This document shows, one piece after another, positions 23,901 to 38,600 of a stretch of 64,000 nt of DNA (within the stretch, counting starts at the first letter, position 1; every line of letters starts with the position of its first letter). The translations under genes were made by a program, and so were the position numbers. Origin of the DNA: Balanoglossus misakiensis. Its lineage: Eukaryota > Animalia > Hemichordata. The notes below the pieces were generated by a model. The model saw nothing but the letters and a program-made list of their open reading frames with translations. It was not told the origin of the DNA and did not search any database. The stretch is from positions 1,426,001 through 1,490,000 of the forward strand of contig CM082598.2 of assembly GCA_040954595.2 (NCBI GenBank), in the 5' to 3' direction.

Positions 23901-26900
23901 CACAAATTGCTGTCGACTCGGTTGAAAGATGAAACCTGGAGGACACACAAGAATTCAGATAAAAAATCATGAAGTGTAAGACTTCGACATGGAACGCCCC
24001 CTACTCAAATTTGCATAGCAACTATCGTGCATCTAATTGTAATTCACGTTTCTTATAAATCACACACAGACATTTTATGATAAGAAGGTATTTACAAAGT
24101 GCAGAATGGAACAGTCCGTTACCAGGGGAACCCAGCTTGGTGTGCACGATTATCAAGGTCGTGAGAAAGGCTTCACAGAAAATTGGCGGGAAATTATCAT
24201 TAATGCCACTAACAATGTGTAATAATTACACTACAGTAAATGTAATAATTAGGCTTTCAATTATCATTTCCTTGATGGAGCAAATTGCCAGGGATAAATT
24301 AGACGTACACACCACCATCTAATGTACCGTATACCTGTAGTTAAAACTCGACTACATAGTAAATTTGCATAGAACACAGCCATATAGACAAAAGTTTACT
24401 CTCTTCATTCATATCATGCACAAATGCCACGATACACGTATGATATATTGGTATGCTTAATGAAAAGTGCAAACTGTAAGAAAAGTGCGTTGTTTCTATC
24501 TTGTTGACTGAAAACGTGAATGTAGTTGCTAATTGGACATGATTCAACAATTTTTGCGAGCGAAATATTTTCGTCTGTCCAATACTTTGTGATTATAGCT
24601 GAAAGCTGTCTGTCCGTATCGACACTCAGCGTTTTGGTATACAAATATGATGTCATTAGCATGTGGTTTGAAATGTTGACAATAAAGTGCCCTCTCTTAG
24701 TCCTTTGAAAGCTGCCGTGTTTGAAGCGAATTGATGAAAATCCCATTTGATAACAGCTTCACACCTCACTTGCAGTACAGTAGAAAACCGTTTATCAAAG
24801 ACGTCTGGATGCGACAGGTACAACATCCCCTCGAGCCTAGCCAACAAATTGTATAGACGTCTCCATCGATGTGCCTTCTAAATTACTTTGCTATGAACAT
24901 CCGCCGCTGTTGAGTTGCCATACAAGTGAACTCTGTTGCTAAGCAGTGTATGTCTAATAGACCATTTTTTGAACTCTATGAGACTCGGCGAGATCTCGCG
25001 TGGGCAGGCAAATCATTTGGGAGGAAATTCTCATGTGACAAAGGAAAAAGAACACAATAGCTGAAAAATCATCTATTACAATTAATTAATTAAATCACCT
25101 CGCCAGAGATCTCAGCAAGCTGTTTGCATGGTTCTTGAATGAGTACATTGTACCATTTACTTCACGAATGAGTCGAGACACATTAAATCACTTTTGTCAA
25201 ACAAATCTCACAGCTTTACAGTTAGATAGTTGCTGTATTTTAGTTGTACCGGTAGTCTCGTATTTTATTTAAGATTTGTGAGTTGTGGCTCCTTTATGAT
25301 CAATTCCGGACTTTTACGACTGCTTCCGAACTCATTCTTCTTCCCTTCATGCAGGTTCCGTAACCTTTGTCTTGTACTTTCCTCAAATTCCACAAAAGGA
25401 AATGACGTCAAATGATTAAGACCAGAAGAACTGACAACTCAACTTCCAACTGGTAAAGGCTTAGAAATATCACTGCACAGAATGTGTGTAATCTGAAGAT
25501 TCTTCTATAGGCAACCTTTACTATGCATGAATCAGATAAGGGACAACATTTAATTGTATATAAATTAAACGAACCATTTAATATGGACCCTTTGCTTTTA
25601 CTAGCCGTCACGTTTTGGTTTATGGATCATTCACAGCTGCACTGGGACTAGTATTAACAGACAATGTTGCAACGTAGGTTGTTATTTTAAAGAGAGTATA
25701 ACTTTTATTCCCTGGTTAATACTAAGTGCACACCGTGCAATGTAGTTTGCAGTTTTGTCATGAGGTAGAATTTACGTCTGTCAAAAATCAGTAAAACATG
25801 GGGACTGTTTTATTTTTCTAATCTTATTTTTCTCTTGTTAGGTTGAGATGGATGGAACTATTTTGATACATTATGTTGTCACCATGGACATTATCTGTCG
25901 TGCGCAGTAAATGGACCAATGAATAACTGAGATGCAACATATATTGAAATAATGTAAAACAAAATAAATTGAGATACAAGATTTCTTGAAATTATTCGAA
26001 ACATTAAGATTCTACATGGAAATAATCAGGTAATTACCCATGTCATACTTGTTAGCCAGTGCTCTTAAAAGCTAGAGATCTCTGAAAATACAATTAAAAT
26101 CGTTCAGTCAAAATTTGCTGTCATTTACTTCCGTTGTCATGGTTGTAAACACATTATCAACAGGATGACACAACCACCTTAATATTCTCGGGAGCAAAGT
26201 GAATGCTCGTATGAGTTCCACGCATTGAAACCACTAATGTTTCTCTTGTGATACATAACATAACCAAGTCAACACTCCTCGTTCTTCTTGGAATTGTTAT
26301 CATGAATTTAACAGGATGTTTAAATAATTTATCAGATGGTACACTGATTTCTCTGCGCGTCAAACATGAGACTATTACAAAATCTTCCCATTACGAGTAT
26401 AATCAATTATTCAAGAAAGCTAAAATTGAAAGCAAAGTATGGTATCAGGCTCAACCGCAGCGTATAACCTGACCAGATATATAAAATTAATAGCCCAGTC
26501 AGTTTCTTCATTTTAGGATTTCCCTGAAGAGTCGTTACAAATGTTTGCATGTCAAGATTGGAAACGGACTCAATTCGTCTGCCTCATTCTTTGATTACAC
26601 TTTCTACAGCAGTGCCTCTGAATTTATCTTGCCGGATTTAAGAGAATACAGTAAACGTGGCCAGGTTTTGTTATCATTAACACAAGCAATTGGCTTGTTA
26701 ACGGCAGAGGACGTACAGTAATTTGATAATGTTCCTACTAAATCTTAGACTTAAGATTTAAACAAGTAGCTCTGTTTTAATATGTATGAACCAGTCAATG
26801 GTCAGTTAATGTCTGAACGATTTGGAATTTAATCACTTTCTGTAAAATCGATGGGACTTTAGTTTAAGGGCAGTGTTTCGGACTGGACATGAAAATAAAT

Positions 26901-27267
26901 CCATCTGACACTTCAGTGATGGTACTGAAGACAAATTGTCAACTGAACATTTAGAATTACGAAATTTCGATACTGGTATTATGTTCTGATGTGCCAAAAG
27001 TAATAATATATTTGGTGATGAGGATTGCTGCCCTTTAAGAGAGAATAACCTAAAGTTGCTTTAAGCAAAATATGAGAAAAGTTTAAGACTTTGAATAATA
27101 CCTTAAAAAAGTAAACAGTAAGAGAAACTAAAAGACAATATCTGCTGCCTCCATTGCATTTCAAATACTTTGTATTTTACCCCAGGTGATGAGCTATTCG
27201 GTTCGCTTATCGTTGTCAAGGCACTTCAATTCACAAGAAAGCCGCAGAGAGTCCCATTTGTACCTTG

Positions 27268-27303
27268 GTTACCTAGCAACGAAGAAGGGTGGCCGTGACG
27301 TCA
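27268..27303. promoter_or_regulatory. X-box (GTTACCTAGCAAC) plus CRE (TGACGTCA) module
   Basis: Both consensus motifs are present 15 nt apart (27268-27280 and 27296-27303). Confidence 0.5.
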
Positions 27304-28139
27304 TTGGGGTATCTTAGAGATATTATCCGAGATTTGTTTGGCCTAAGTGTAGAAAAATACACTGCATGAAGGATGGGTTTATCACTGCCGTTGTGATGAT
27401 AATTCACTGACTATAAAATTGATAACATGGTTCATGTTTGAAGGCTACAGCTAAGCTTATTGTCATTCAGACTGTCACCAATTTTCAAAACAAACGACCT
27501 TCTCACAACCGCATAACTACAAAAGGGGGGAAGTAAAATCTGAAATGTGCCATATTGTCAGGTTTCAAATGGTGCGGTGGAATCAAAGATTTTTGAACAA
27601 GAAATGATGATGGTATGGAGATGATGGTGATGATAGTTATATCTTTGCCACGACCAGATGTCAAAATACATCAGCGAGATCATTGACCTCTTGACGATTT
27701 TCATTCCGTTTTGTAAACGAAAATTGTATGGGTTCCAACCATTTCATTGCAAACAGACTCCATGAATAAACGCTTTGCACCAAATTACTTTCTCGCGCCC
27801 AGCGGCAAGGTATAATTGACTCAGTGCAATTGGGAAAATTGAGAGGACTGGTTTGAGCAATCATCAAATGTGCTATGTTTCCTTTTAAATCGATACAGGG
27901 AAAGCGAAAAATTCACAGTCAAGTGTTGCTTGAAACAAACAGGAAACTAGTCACTGGGCAGGAGGATGTCAGACTTCGCAGCATAGCCGGAAACAACTGA
28001 AGTTGTAGTAGCTAATTTGGAATATGTCGCCACATCAGTCGGTTTTATAACTCATTATAAAAATAAATCAATATGTTGTTTCATATGGCGATAAAATATA
28101 ACAAATATTTAGTTTTCCTTACAAGAACTCAGTCGATTT

Positions 28140-28483
28140 CAGGCATCCAATTTTGTTTCCCAGACACCCCAAACCTTCAAATTCTTTGCTAAACTAAAGC
28201 GTGTGTGGAGTCTTTTTGAACACAAAGATTCAAACGTGGTGTTTACTGTCTTGTCTTCATGAAAATCATTATCTTAAATTTTTTTCCATATACTTAATAC
28301 AGAAATTGGCGGCCATTAATGTTATCAGTTTCGAATTTGAGGAAAATTGGCTCTGTTATTCAAAATTTTGCGCAGTGACCTCCAATGTTTATTCTCAATT
28401 TAAGAGAGAACATCTTAAAGTTGCCTTGAGGAAAGTACATGTATAAGAGAAATTATAAGACTCTGATTTTCGAGGTGAATTCT
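28140..28483 (+). mobile_element. ~340 bp dispersed repeat, probable non-autonomous DNA transposon, degenerate; boundaries approximate
   Basis: Shares ccaaacctt..aattctttgct and ggagtctttttgaacacaaaga...ttactgtcttgt with the reverse complement of 45560-45730 and with 59821-60000. Confidence 0.6.
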
Positions 28484-31288
28484 ATCCAACAGTGTTACAC
28501 ATGGTCACTTTACTAGACAAAACATTGCACCACTGGTGATCATGGAATGTGTAGGTGGAACTATAGGGATACAGCCCTGGAGAATATTTCCCAACTGTTG
28601 TTACATGGAAAGTTCCTTTTACACTGCCTGTGTAGGCAGCAGACATTGAAAAAGCGAAATGTCTGAATATACCCGACGGGCATCTCATTTGGCTAAGTTG
28701 TGTCGCAGTCTTTCCTGGCAAGCGGAGGCGACTTGTACGTTCTCTGATTTCTCAAAAGTTCACCGACCGTGATGCTCAATGCATAGCTTGTTACAACCGC
28801 ACATTTCGCTAACCAAACATGCTTACAGGGGCGCAGATCAAAGAATTTATCAATAATGACTGTCGCCCACGCGTAACCACTCAAATTCACTCAATGTATC
28901 GAAAGGGTAGCTTCGTTAAGGCTGCCACTGAAATAGGAACCAGGCAATTTGGGACCATGCAACTGTGCTGTACACTCCTTTGTTTGTATTTTCTTTCACT
29001 TTTCATTCTGATATACCGGTAGTTTTGTCAAACCATTGGAAAAAACAGTGTTATTGAGACACACGTCTTATAGAACCTTTCTCGCACACGGTTTTACTGA
29101 TGCAAGTCTAGACTGTGATGTTGCAATGATGGCGTCTTTCTACATCAGTTGTCACATCGCAAATGATGACAACAGTATAGGAGAATATAGAGATACGCTT
29201 TTCATCAAGATGCCTTCAGTGCAACAGAAAAGTTACACAGATATATACACCTAGCTAAAGATGTAATGATGTAATGATCACTTTCGAAGTCAATTTGTCA
29301 ATACAAATCAGAAGGTTATGCTTTAGTTAACATAATCATAATGTTGAAACAGGAATGCAATCAAGTATGTCTAACTTCAGGATAATTATTTTCTCTCCTT
29401 TTCGCGGCTGATTATTAAACATGAACAGTATGGGCGATTTCGCGAATTATGATTTTGAAATACTCAGATCAATTTGAGCACTGAGTTGCAAAAAAAAGAA
29501 ATAATGTAATATATATGAGGACTTTGTGCACATATTTAAATCACTCAGTACAAAAGAACTATATTGCACAGCTGTCTGACTGAAGTATAATCTCGGAATA
29601 CATTGAACACACTACTGACACACACAGGTACGAATGCGACATTTCAGCTCGTTCGGACTGCTTCTCTTTAATGCTTCTGTGTTTATTGATTGGAAACGTG
29701 TGACCTATTTTGACAAGGCTGGTCCCGAAAGACTTTTAGATTCCCAATCAATTAGAAGTTTATAGAACGTATCGAATGTACGTTTTGATTTTAGTTTCAG
29801 GCAAAATCAAATTTCCTGTCTGTTATTGGATAACTGTATTGGATAGTATTTATATGCACCACTTTAGACGAAATTGATGGTTTCATCAGCACACACCTGC
29901 ACCCCCTTCTGTGTTTTGTATCATTTGCATAATGAGGTCTGGTCAGTTGACATTGACATCCAGAACAGGAAAGGCATCTGGGATAGAGTGCTAAAATAGT
30001 TCATTGCAAAATCTTTAATTTGCCAAGAGGTTTCAAGTACTATAAAATCTTGCTACTTCCACTGTAGATAACCTGCTTAATCTTAATTAATCAATTTGTC
30101 GAATTACAGTTCAGAATAAGACGTGCGTTTTCAGTGAAATTCCTTTGAATCTGAATCAAATGAATCTGATATGGGAGTCCATCAAAGAGACTATTGGAAG
30201 TCAATATGGGTAATAAATGTCGTTAAGAAAAACACGATTTGGCACGTAAAGCCTACAGGATGGAAATAACCAACGAAAAAATAAAACATCCTTTCTTTTC
30301 ATGAAATTAGTTCTAATAGACTAACCATACATTAACCAACCTCAATGAACTTTCTTGGCAGTAACACAGTTATGTTCAAACCAGCACTGTATTCATCCTT
30401 AATCATAGTATATCAGCACAATTTGTTTGAAATAGTAAGCAATTTGATTAGGTTATTTGGATAACACGACTGGATATTCCAAATTTCTGATTGGCCCGTT
30501 TTAATTTAGTTTTAATACGATAACCCCTTTAGTTTCTCCCCAAAGGATATGTAGACATTTTGCCTGTGTTTTAATGTAATTATAATATTTATTTGGCTGA
30601 ATTAAGTACCAGTACTATACTGAATTTTTCGAAAACAGATCTGTATCACCACTGTTTCCAATTATTATAAGGGTATGTCTCTGACTCTGTGTTATACTTA
30701 TATACACATGTAACTCTGCACATGTAGGTATGTTCACGAATATAAGTATGTACTCGGACAGTTGATATATGGGCATGTGTCAAATACCGGTACAACCATC
30801 TGTTTTTTTGTGATAATAATATTGACATTTATCATTTCAATTTTGATTTGGGTCATTTTTTTTCAATTGCGTCATATGAATGTTATATTTCCCCCAGTAT
30901 TAGTACATAAAAAATATGCCTCATTCGAGGACATTGCATCTTTGTGAGTAGTTTACTTTGTGTGTAGTTTAACAAGTTTGTTACAGTGCCACAAAATCAG
31001 ACAATTTTGAGTTTCGTGACTGACATAGATATACCTGTCACACGCAAGACCTTTATGCTACAGATGTTCAAAAAAATGTATTCTGAAATCTCTGTATTGT
31101 TTAGTTTATTAGAATTTCGCATATGGTCTATTCAGGTGCAGCATATGGCGTTTAATCGGTAACCAGAAGATGGAATCTTTTGTGATTATCAAGCATCGAG
31201 GACTGGGTGACACTGGAAACGCTGAGTGCAGATAAAAGCTCGGTTTTCATCGTAATATCCTGAAGTGCTCGCGAACAGTTCCACTCAC

Positions 31289-31363
31289 CTGTTCCAACTA
31301 CGGGCGATTTTCAGGCGTCTCCACCGGGAATGACGTCAAAGCACGAGCGAGTATAACAGTCAC
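31289..31363 (-). other. Non-coding internal exon (75 nt), probably 5'UTR of Syt-A or of an antisense lncRNA
   Basis: Textbook acceptor ttttttctcatccag| and donor CAG|GTGAGT; stops in all three frames; contains TGACGTCA. Confidence 0.5.
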
Positions 31364-34300
31364 CTGGATGAGAAAAAAGTGTGGTCAGTAATTACGGGTA
31401 TACAAGCTAATGGTCGCAAGCTGCTGCAAATGTGCCGTTAATGCCTGTGTCATGACCTCTGATGAACTCCCCTCTTATCACACACATGCTGAATGAAAAC
31501 AGCACGCAACTGCAATAGTCGTGAGAGGGCGTGAATCACATTTGTTTGTATAGTATATTATGTACTTTAATCTTACTGAAAAAAATGTTATGAAAATGCT
31601 ACCTTCTCTTGAATTAACCTAATTACGTTTTTGCAGTTTATCAATTTAAAATATCGATAAATATATAATAGATAGTGTGTGCTGCCCTAGATACCACTTG
31701 CCCAAAGCTGTTCCTGAAATTTGAATATTTAATACACTGCAAACACAATATTGCTGTTATTATATAAAATTGGGGCATTCAAGCCATTAATATTGGAAAG
31801 TGCATCAAACAATGTCGGATATTGTCACGTGATAAGGTGAACTTGGTTGACACAGATAATTTGATTTGGTTATACTAGTTTAAGAATCGCATAATTTAAT
31901 ACGAATACCACACAAATTTACGCTGAATGTGTGTGTATGTTTAGAATCAACACAAGTGAAGAATGTCAAATAAAACAGAAGGTGCATTAATTTATTTTAC
32001 GTGAAATGATTAGTTTGAGTGCAGTTGTCGACAAATTTGGTTTAATCCTGAAACCAGATGGGTATGATGAATTTGTCATTATATTGAAAATATGGATGAT
32101 CAAGATATCTAAAATTATCTCCTTGAGCTCTGTTTTTTCTTTCCTTGCCTGATAACTAGAACAAAGCAACATTCAACGGATATTTTCTTCTGATATATGA
32201 GACGACATGTGTATGATCTTTCTTTGTGCAGTGCTTGTTGGATAAAACATGTCCGCTGGGGTTGCTATGGAGATGAGTACTAGGAGCAGAGCCGATCGCC
32301 GCGAGTTTGTGAGATATGTAGTTCACAAGTGGAAAATGGAGAACATCCTGATAAGAAGTTTTTATTAATTGCGATAAAGCTACGTTTTAGTTGATTGGAG
32401 GATCTCAATAGCATGATACTAAGGAGTGTCTGCCATATAGAGGTTTAAATATATATAAATAAAAAAAAGTAAATGTCAATAAATAAATAAATTCCCTAAT
32501 CGTAAAATTACACAAGAGCATTTTGAGTGAACCTTCTACTTTCCAATAAATCATAGCTGCACCACATGTTGATATACGTAGGTGTGGGTTTTACTCTACC
32601 GGTGCAATAACTCACATATTGCTGACAAGTGAAAAGAGCAAATTAATAATTGATGTATGACTGTTTGTTTACTCGATCCAGCTCTTGGTAACGTGTTATC
32701 AATGTTAAGGTCAAGGGCAGAGTCTCCTTTGCAAAGTGAGTTCGAATGTTAGATCTTGCAGTGAAGGGATCACTGCACTAAACACTGTATTATAATTGTT
32801 TTTAGTCAATGTACTGTGTAATCATACGACTGCAATATTAACCACGATGTCGAGTTCACTGAACCCTAGTAAAGCCACTCAGATCATTATGTTAATACGT
32901 GTATTTATACTGCGGCAGTATTTTGTGTGAACATGGTCTCGCAACAATATTTTGTGTAATAGTCAATACAGCGCAATGGGATCATGCAGGTTTTCATGGT
33001 GTTGAGTGAAATCGCCACATCATCAATAGTCAGTCGGCTTGTTGAAATATGATATCATGCATGACACAAAAATAACAATAGCAATGCCGTGAAAATTCTA
33101 TCATCCGTTGAAATATATGAATACTTCTACATACCGTCAAAAATTGCCTAACTGGCCGCACATCCCGACCAAACGCCACGCTGTACGTTCCAACCAAGTA
33201 GAAGCTGGCTGTCAAACAGTATCAAGCTTTCCAGTGCGCTCTCCATGTGACCGTCTCTATGGTAACACAAGAATTTCACATCAGATTATGACACGTAAAA
33301 ACGCACATATGTTTCAGTTGTAAAAAACAACAACCACTCGTCTCGTTCCGAGTACATGTAGTTCAGTGACTATTGAAATTTGACAAGCAGTCGATACTAA
33401 ACCTTTGTTTACTATTGATCAGCTTTGCATCAATATCTATTGTTTAACACGAGCCCTATTCAGGTGGAGTTATTTTTAGATCTTGGGGGGATGAAAGTCT
33501 GGATTTCATCATGTCGATTGAGGGCGTTGTTGTTGTAGAAGTGGCGTTGTCTGCAACGTTCGCTCGTCCAGTGCGATGGAGAGGGAACGTGGTGGCATAG
33601 TGTTAACTGAACGGTTTCGAACGTAAACAAACTCTAAACGGTTAAATATGGTGTATTGGACGATACTATTTGCGAACTTCATGTAATATAATTCAAAGGC
33701 ACACTTACAGTGTCTTGCCTAAATTCACTTTTGGATCAAACACTCAGCAGTGTTTTTGAGTGAGCAACAGGCAGATGGATGTTTTGATTGTTCTGCAAAT
33801 GATGACTGGCTTCCAATGGGCAACGCACCGTCGCAAAAGTCGCACATGCCGTTGGTTCTCTAGGACGTCATCCCATCGTTGGGGGCGTACACACAGCATC
33901 GAAGTTCTGAAATTGAGAAGAAAATCGTACCTTCCATTACAAAAAATACATGCAATCAATTGTCCATATGGTTAAAGTCAACCAGTTGTTATGAACATGA
34001 CCTATTGACTTCCAGACAGAACAATTAACATCGACAATTTAACGCCATTGAGATTATACTGCCATTATTTCGTCACCTTTATGGTACACGTGACCTACAC
34101 ATGACCAACCAATGCACAAAATAACAATGTACAAGCAATTGGTTGCACAGCGACCTCATTGTTGAGATTTGGCTTTGTGGCAGTGGTCATGATTTATCCC
34201 AGTGTAAGAGAAGACACAACTCCGAACCTAACCAGATCTCTTAATGCTAAGAGCAGTCTTGAACATTACTAACATAAACAAGAAAACGTCACCAATGAAA

Positions 34301-35537
34301 CAATATAAGTGATAAGTAATTTGACATTTTCGCACATTACATCACGAAACCGTCAACCAACGTGCACTACTAAATTGCAATTGCCTGAAATATTTTCTCT
34401 TCATATTTCCATTTGTCGGTATACGTATTGGGATAATTGTTTGGTGTTCTCCGTCGACAAATTACATTCCATTTTCAATTTGTCGAATTCTTAGGGAATC
34501 GGAATAGATATTTGAACGAGATGACAGCAGTGGAAATGTCAAGCCGAATCCATTTCCTGGTGAAAATGTCAGGGATTTGATATCATTTCCCTATTGGATA
34601 TGCCAGTGAATACTGACAGTTTCAAGATGTTAAGTGGGTAATCTTCATAAACACAATTGGTTAGAGAGACCTCACTCTCTGTACTGGGAAAATCAGACAC
34701 ATGACATTTCCTGCACGCCATTTGGGCATTATATAGTTATATCATTCGTTGAATGGACCATACTAATCCGAAAGTGCAAAAGATGTCTGTTGCTTTATGC
34801 CTGTCTGTCTGTTTAATGGTAGACTACATCAGTATATTTCTGCAAGTCCTAACAGATGTCGATCAGTTATAAAACAGTGATGATGTTAATTTTTTAGCTG
34901 TGACTTTTCGCTATGTTTTCAGAATTTTTGTTTGTGTATGTATACGCATGCATTTCAAACGTAGGGCGGCAAGATAACTGATTTTCGCTCGAGTATGCAA
35001 GAAACTGAAAATCAGATCCTTCAGACAAGTGGATCTCACGTGGAGAAAGCGCGTGACACGTGCCAGCGCACAAGTTGAAACATGTGACAAATTCATCTAA
35101 GCCATCAATTGCTGACTCTTCAATGATTAGCTGTTTTGATGTCGAGTCAATGCTTTAGGGAGTCAAGCACGGAACTGCAGTTAATGAGGAGTAAAAAATA
35201 TGCCTACTAAATAGTCGAATTTACACTAATAGAGATTTAATTTTGCAAGCGTAAATTATAGGGAGATCGCACAACAAAACATCTGCGTATTTATCATCAA
35301 ACTTAAGGGATTTATCCAGGCACTACTGAGTTATGAAGACCTAATGATTTGGTTTGTGGAAGAAGAAAGGGCCATCGTTTAAGGATACCTAAATATTATA
35401 ATTTCGGTAACTTAAGGAGGCTCAACGTTACGTTTACCGATCGCGAGTCGTGGTTTTCAAGCAATTTTAATATTTAAATTCCAGCGGACCTTTGGCCTTC
35501 TATCTGGGTCAATAAAATTACCTACAAGCACTGGAGA

Positions 35538-35543
35538 TATAAA
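35538..35543 (+). promoter_or_regulatory. Candidate TATA box of Syt-B
   Basis: TATAAA just upstream of a GC/CpG-richer stretch leading into the candidate first exon. Confidence 0.35.
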
Positions 35544-35662
35544 CAGTAGTCGCTCGCATCTGTTTGGAAGAAGCTGCGATTTGCGACAGAGCTGCGGAGA
35601 GTCCATCTGTTGAGTTATTGGCGTTCGGAGAAAGTCAGAAGAGACATTGCATTCTATGAACT

Positions 35663-35697
35663 ATGGGCACCATCAGAAATTCAAAATCAAGCTCCGG
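35663..35697 (+). CDS. Syt: Synaptotagmin Syt-B candidate first coding exon (MGTIRNSKSSS-G)
   Basis: Strong Kozak aactATGg; donor GG|GTAAGT in phase 2, which is the phase needed to join 39680 in frame. Confidence 0.5.
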
Positions 35698-38600
35698 GTA
35701 AGTTTCGAATTCTCTGCGCATTGTGTTGAAGCGGGCTATTTTTTTTTTGCTTTGTGCGATCAACTTTTCCCGCCACGGGAGGGAAGCTCTCTGTTGTCCG
35801 AGAAACGTGCTGATCTAAGCAGTCGACAGTGGTAAGTGTCTCGCATTCGAACAAAAAAATAAACAGACTAATTAAAAGCTAATCCTCAGGAAAGATCTCC
35901 ACTGCCGTCAAGCGCGATCTGCGTGAACTAACAGCTGTTTCATCAAGGTGTCTTTGTGTAGTTCCCCTCATCGTGTTTATTTTCAACAAACATGCAAGCT
36001 CTGAATCTCATCAACACATGCATCCCTAAATCTTTCTCCAATCACCTAGTAGGCAAATGATTCACTCAAGACAATGTACACAAAAGCAGTCATTGTAAAT
36101 CATCATAATATAAATCTATACATTTAATATTACAGTTACTTTAATTCTTGCTTTTCTTATTGTCTCATTGCTTGATAGATCGGCTTGATTTCAATTATAC
36201 GAGCTTCAATACACGCGAATTGTGTTTAAACGGGTGTGATTGATAAGTGAAATTTGAAACGGAAAAGATATTAGCAGAGTTTGAATAAGAAATTACAAGG
36301 TGAAATGTATTATTCGCCGGGAAATGAGGCATTTAAAAGATATGTATATGGTATCCCTACAGCCGTTTTTTGCAAACCTCCCTACAGCGATGCTGACTGC
36401 GTGATCGTCTTATTCTGATGCTAAACACGTACTATCTGCCAATTGTTGCTATACTTTTACAATCTCTCGCCTGGGAGTTCAAACGCGTGACAGGCAGTAC
36501 ATTTCCTTGCATAAATATCCAACACTTGAGTCAGTTATCTCAATGACAGGTGACATGTACAGAAGGTTAGGGTGTTGTTTTATGTATATTCCAACTCGAA
36601 ATATTCAAAAGCGATGGTTTCAGAAGTAAGCAACGCCCACGCAAGTTACTACGGTTACACGGTCTCATCTCATTAAAATCTATTGTACTACCGGTATTAT
36701 TAATTCTTTATTTCAAAATTAAAAAAACCTGCCAAATGATAATTATTCTGTTGAACATACACATACATACTTGCCCTTTCCTCTAATCCGAATAATATTT
36801 GTTGCTCGTGTTATGTAGGCCAGTGTACTTGGCAAGCTCTTTTTTAAATCTGAATCTGCAAGTCCCCAGGACTAAATCCTTGGGGACTTAAATCGCTTAG
36901 ACCTTGTTATGGTATCAAGATGAACTTATCCCCAATGTCACGTTTTCTTGACATTCAGCTCTTTCCTCATTTCAAGATACAATCGCACAAGTGTTTAAAC
37001 ACTTGAACATAACCGGGGAAAACGATGCTTTGAAAGACATTTTATTTGTAAGGGCATACAAGTCAAATTTTCCACAGTTGTGTGGTCTGTCAACATCGTT
37101 GATGTTCAATAAATGAGTTCGGTATTAGATTTATCAAACAGACAGTTCTTCCTCAAAACAAGCTGATTCAATTTGGGCTGTATCCATTATCTTTGGAGAT
37201 CGTCTTTCTGTAAGGTTTCAAAGCAAGAATAAACTGATCGATAATGGTTAGCTCGGGATCATGCTACTCATTTCCATGTACAAATATTGCCGTATAAATC
37301 ACAACGACATATTTTAATCGACTTGTGCTGATTTCGTCTTCAATTTGAAGACCATGATTATCCAGAAGATTGATGTTTGCGTTACTGATGAAGAACGAAG
37401 ATTCTTATCTCGGCGCTGTTTCGTTTCTTTGGCAACAAGAAGCATCAACTGGTGCATCTATATTAAAAGCAACTCATAAATGCCACAGCTGAAGGATATG
37501 GAAGCGAAATATTCTTTTTTCACTCAAAATATCGGTTGTAAGCCACTGCCTCTAGTCTTCCACATGCGTAAAGGTTGGACTGTCACGATTTTAATTTTCT
37601 CATACAATTATTCCTGGAACGCATCCAAATAGCCTGACATTTAAACCATATGTTCTTGAAAACATCTCTTAATAGTTGACATTTCATAAGTGTACGAATA
37701 TAGGACTCATTGATATTTCAACAAAGATTGAGTAATGAAGTTGCTTTGATATCTTTAGTTTGGCTTTGATTGATTGCAAAGTTCATCATGATTCAGCTGA
37801 ATGTACTTCTACTTGAAAATCATTTCTCGTCTTATGATAATAATACTGATCATATGGAATTGAGATTGCATTGACATGCGCAATATAGGAGATAACATAT
37901 CTATCATGCTTATGAATTATACAACCGTCACAAATAGAATGTAACAATTGCACATAATCTCAAAATTATGATTCATTTTAGATCTTCTGATTACAAACTG
38001 CATAAGATACTATTGACGTGTATAGAAAAAAAGATAAGAGTTTAATGTGATAGCATGTCAATCTTGTGTATGTAATAGAACCAGCTCAGAAAAAATCTAA
38101 CATTTCCCATTAATATCTAAGTGTTTTGTTCTTCTTTTTAAATCCAACATCATGTGAACAGAATTTTTCATTTATGTTAAAGTTATGGAAAAGTTACAAG
38201 CTTCACAGTCATGCCAAATGCCTCGCTTATAAATATCAAAATAAAGCCTCCTCTGACGATATAGGTTTTGATGTAAAAATTTACGCAAATTTAAGTTGTG
38301 GATGAACATTTGTGTAACCAATAACTGGAAATCTGCAGAGGAAAGAGGGAACGAACACATACAATGCTGTTGAGGTACTCTGTTGTTGAGATCTACAGTT
38401 TTATGCTGATATGTATCGACATCAGTGACATATTCCACTTTCAAATGTATCAAAGATAGGGCTTTGTCCACCTCGTAGCAGATATAGCGCACAATGCCGT
38501 GAGTTCCAGGGGAAAGGATTGTCAGGTATAAAAATTCAAAAAGACATCCCTCACAAAACGCAACCTCATGATAATAGCTGCACACTTGACAATGACAACC

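Noticed and set aside
36860-36890. Hairpin aagtcccca-gga...tcc-t-tggggactt (similar short hairpins at ~926-945 and ~50833-50852)
   Set aside because: Isolated short inverted repeats, too short for a pre-miRNA; bacterial terminators are irrelevant in this genome.
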